From Mobula hypostoma (Eukaryota), in contig NC_086097.1 in assembly GCF_963921235.1 (NCBI RefSeq), positions 95,110,001-95,174,000 of the forward strand: a DNA stretch of 64,000 bases, written 5' to 3'. Both the position numbers and the translations under genes were made by a program. This document shows positions 62,949 through 64,000 of this stretch, piece after piece. Numbering within the stretch: the first letter of the stretch is position 1; each line of letters starts with the position of its first letter. The notes below the pieces were generated by a model. It worked only from the letters and a program-made list of their open reading frames with translations, ran no database searches and had not been told where the DNA came from.

Positions 62949-63479
62949 TTGCAGCCGCCCAGGGGGAGGCAGTGCGGCGCAGGCTCTATGCTGGAGTCGG
63001 TGCTGCCCCCCTCGCCCCACCCCACCACAGTGTTCACCTGGCAGAACACAAGCTGTTATCACTGATCGCATTTGATATAACATTGCTTATTCTCCGCCCT
63101 CAGTTAACTTCACGTACCCTAGAGGTTGCTTTTCATTCTGAGCTTTGTAAATGACATACATGATGAAACTTAGTAAATAAACACAATACCTATTCAACAG
63201 TGGGACTGATTATACTGACTGATTATATTCACTGATTATACACTGTATGCAAGTCTGCTATCTGGTCCATGCAGGAAATATTCTCCATCACCATTCATAG
63301 ATGCACAGAGTGTAAGATAAATTGATAAACTCACTTGGTAAGGATGCACACATGAGTAAATGAAGGTCCTTCTACTAGAACACTGCACACCCCTCCCTCT
63401 ACCCGTTCTAGCACTGACACCAATCACCATGAAGTGCTTTGAATGGCAGATAATGGCAAAAGTCCATTCCTGCCACATT

Positions 63480-63825
63480 GGATACTCACCAAAATGCTGA
63501 TTGACAAGTTCGCTGATGACACAACAATGGTAGGGCTCCTCACCAACAATGATCAGACGGCCTACAGTGTGGAGGAGGAAGAGCACGAGGCCACAACACC
63601 AACCATCACTACTTTATTATTTCCTGTCAGTCACCTAATGTACAGCCTAGAGTCACTTTATGGACATACAATCAATGTACAGTATATAAGCTATCTTATA
63701 TATCTATATTTACACTTTTTTATTACTGTGTTCATTATGGCTTTTTTGTGCTGCATTGGATCCGGAAGAATAATTATTTTGTTCTCCTTTACACTTGTGT
63801 ACAGTAAAATGACATTAAACCATCT
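63480..63825 (+). mobile_element. Internally deleted Rex1-type fragment
   Basis: KFADDTTMVGLL followed by a LINE-like 3' UTR. Confidence 0.6.
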
Positions 63826-64000
63826 CAAATCTGCCCTCACCCCTGCTTATTAGAGTACATCAAAACCCTGTCTGGTCTAGCACCTGATGCCTCTCTTTCT
63901 GCTTGTGTAGCACATAACTCCTGTCTGCTCTAGCACTGTACCAATTCCTCCTACCTGTTCTAGCACCACACAGTTCTACTGCCTGTTCTAGCAAATCCTG

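Overview
Eukaryotic, repeat-rich vertebrate DNA. The CR1, Rex1/Babar, Penelope and HE1-like repeat mix points to a cartilaginous fish (inference). Only two host exons are recognisable, both from RAD51B on the minus strand: 58546-58664 (…ALGNTWSHSVNTRL…RQ) and 4845-4923 (IIVAKSPLAPF…GLILQ). They are separated by a ~53.6 kb intron. Everything else is intronic: nested CR1 and Rex1/Babar LINEs, Penelope-like elements carrying minimal hammerhead ribozyme motifs, Tc1 and Tigger/pogo DNA transposons, SINEs, and a CsRn1-clade Gypsy LTR element with a CR1 inside it. The most striking structure is a long intra-intronic inverted duplication (left ~18873-30445, right ~39020-51433). Its arms gained different insertions after the duplication. 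Its core is nevertheless ~98-99% identical, against ~80% at the outer edge and ~9% divergence between the LTRs of an element that inserted later, which suggests arm-to-arm gene conversion. The core carries a 116-nt exon-like unit in both orientations. All identities are hand counts, and no database searches were run.
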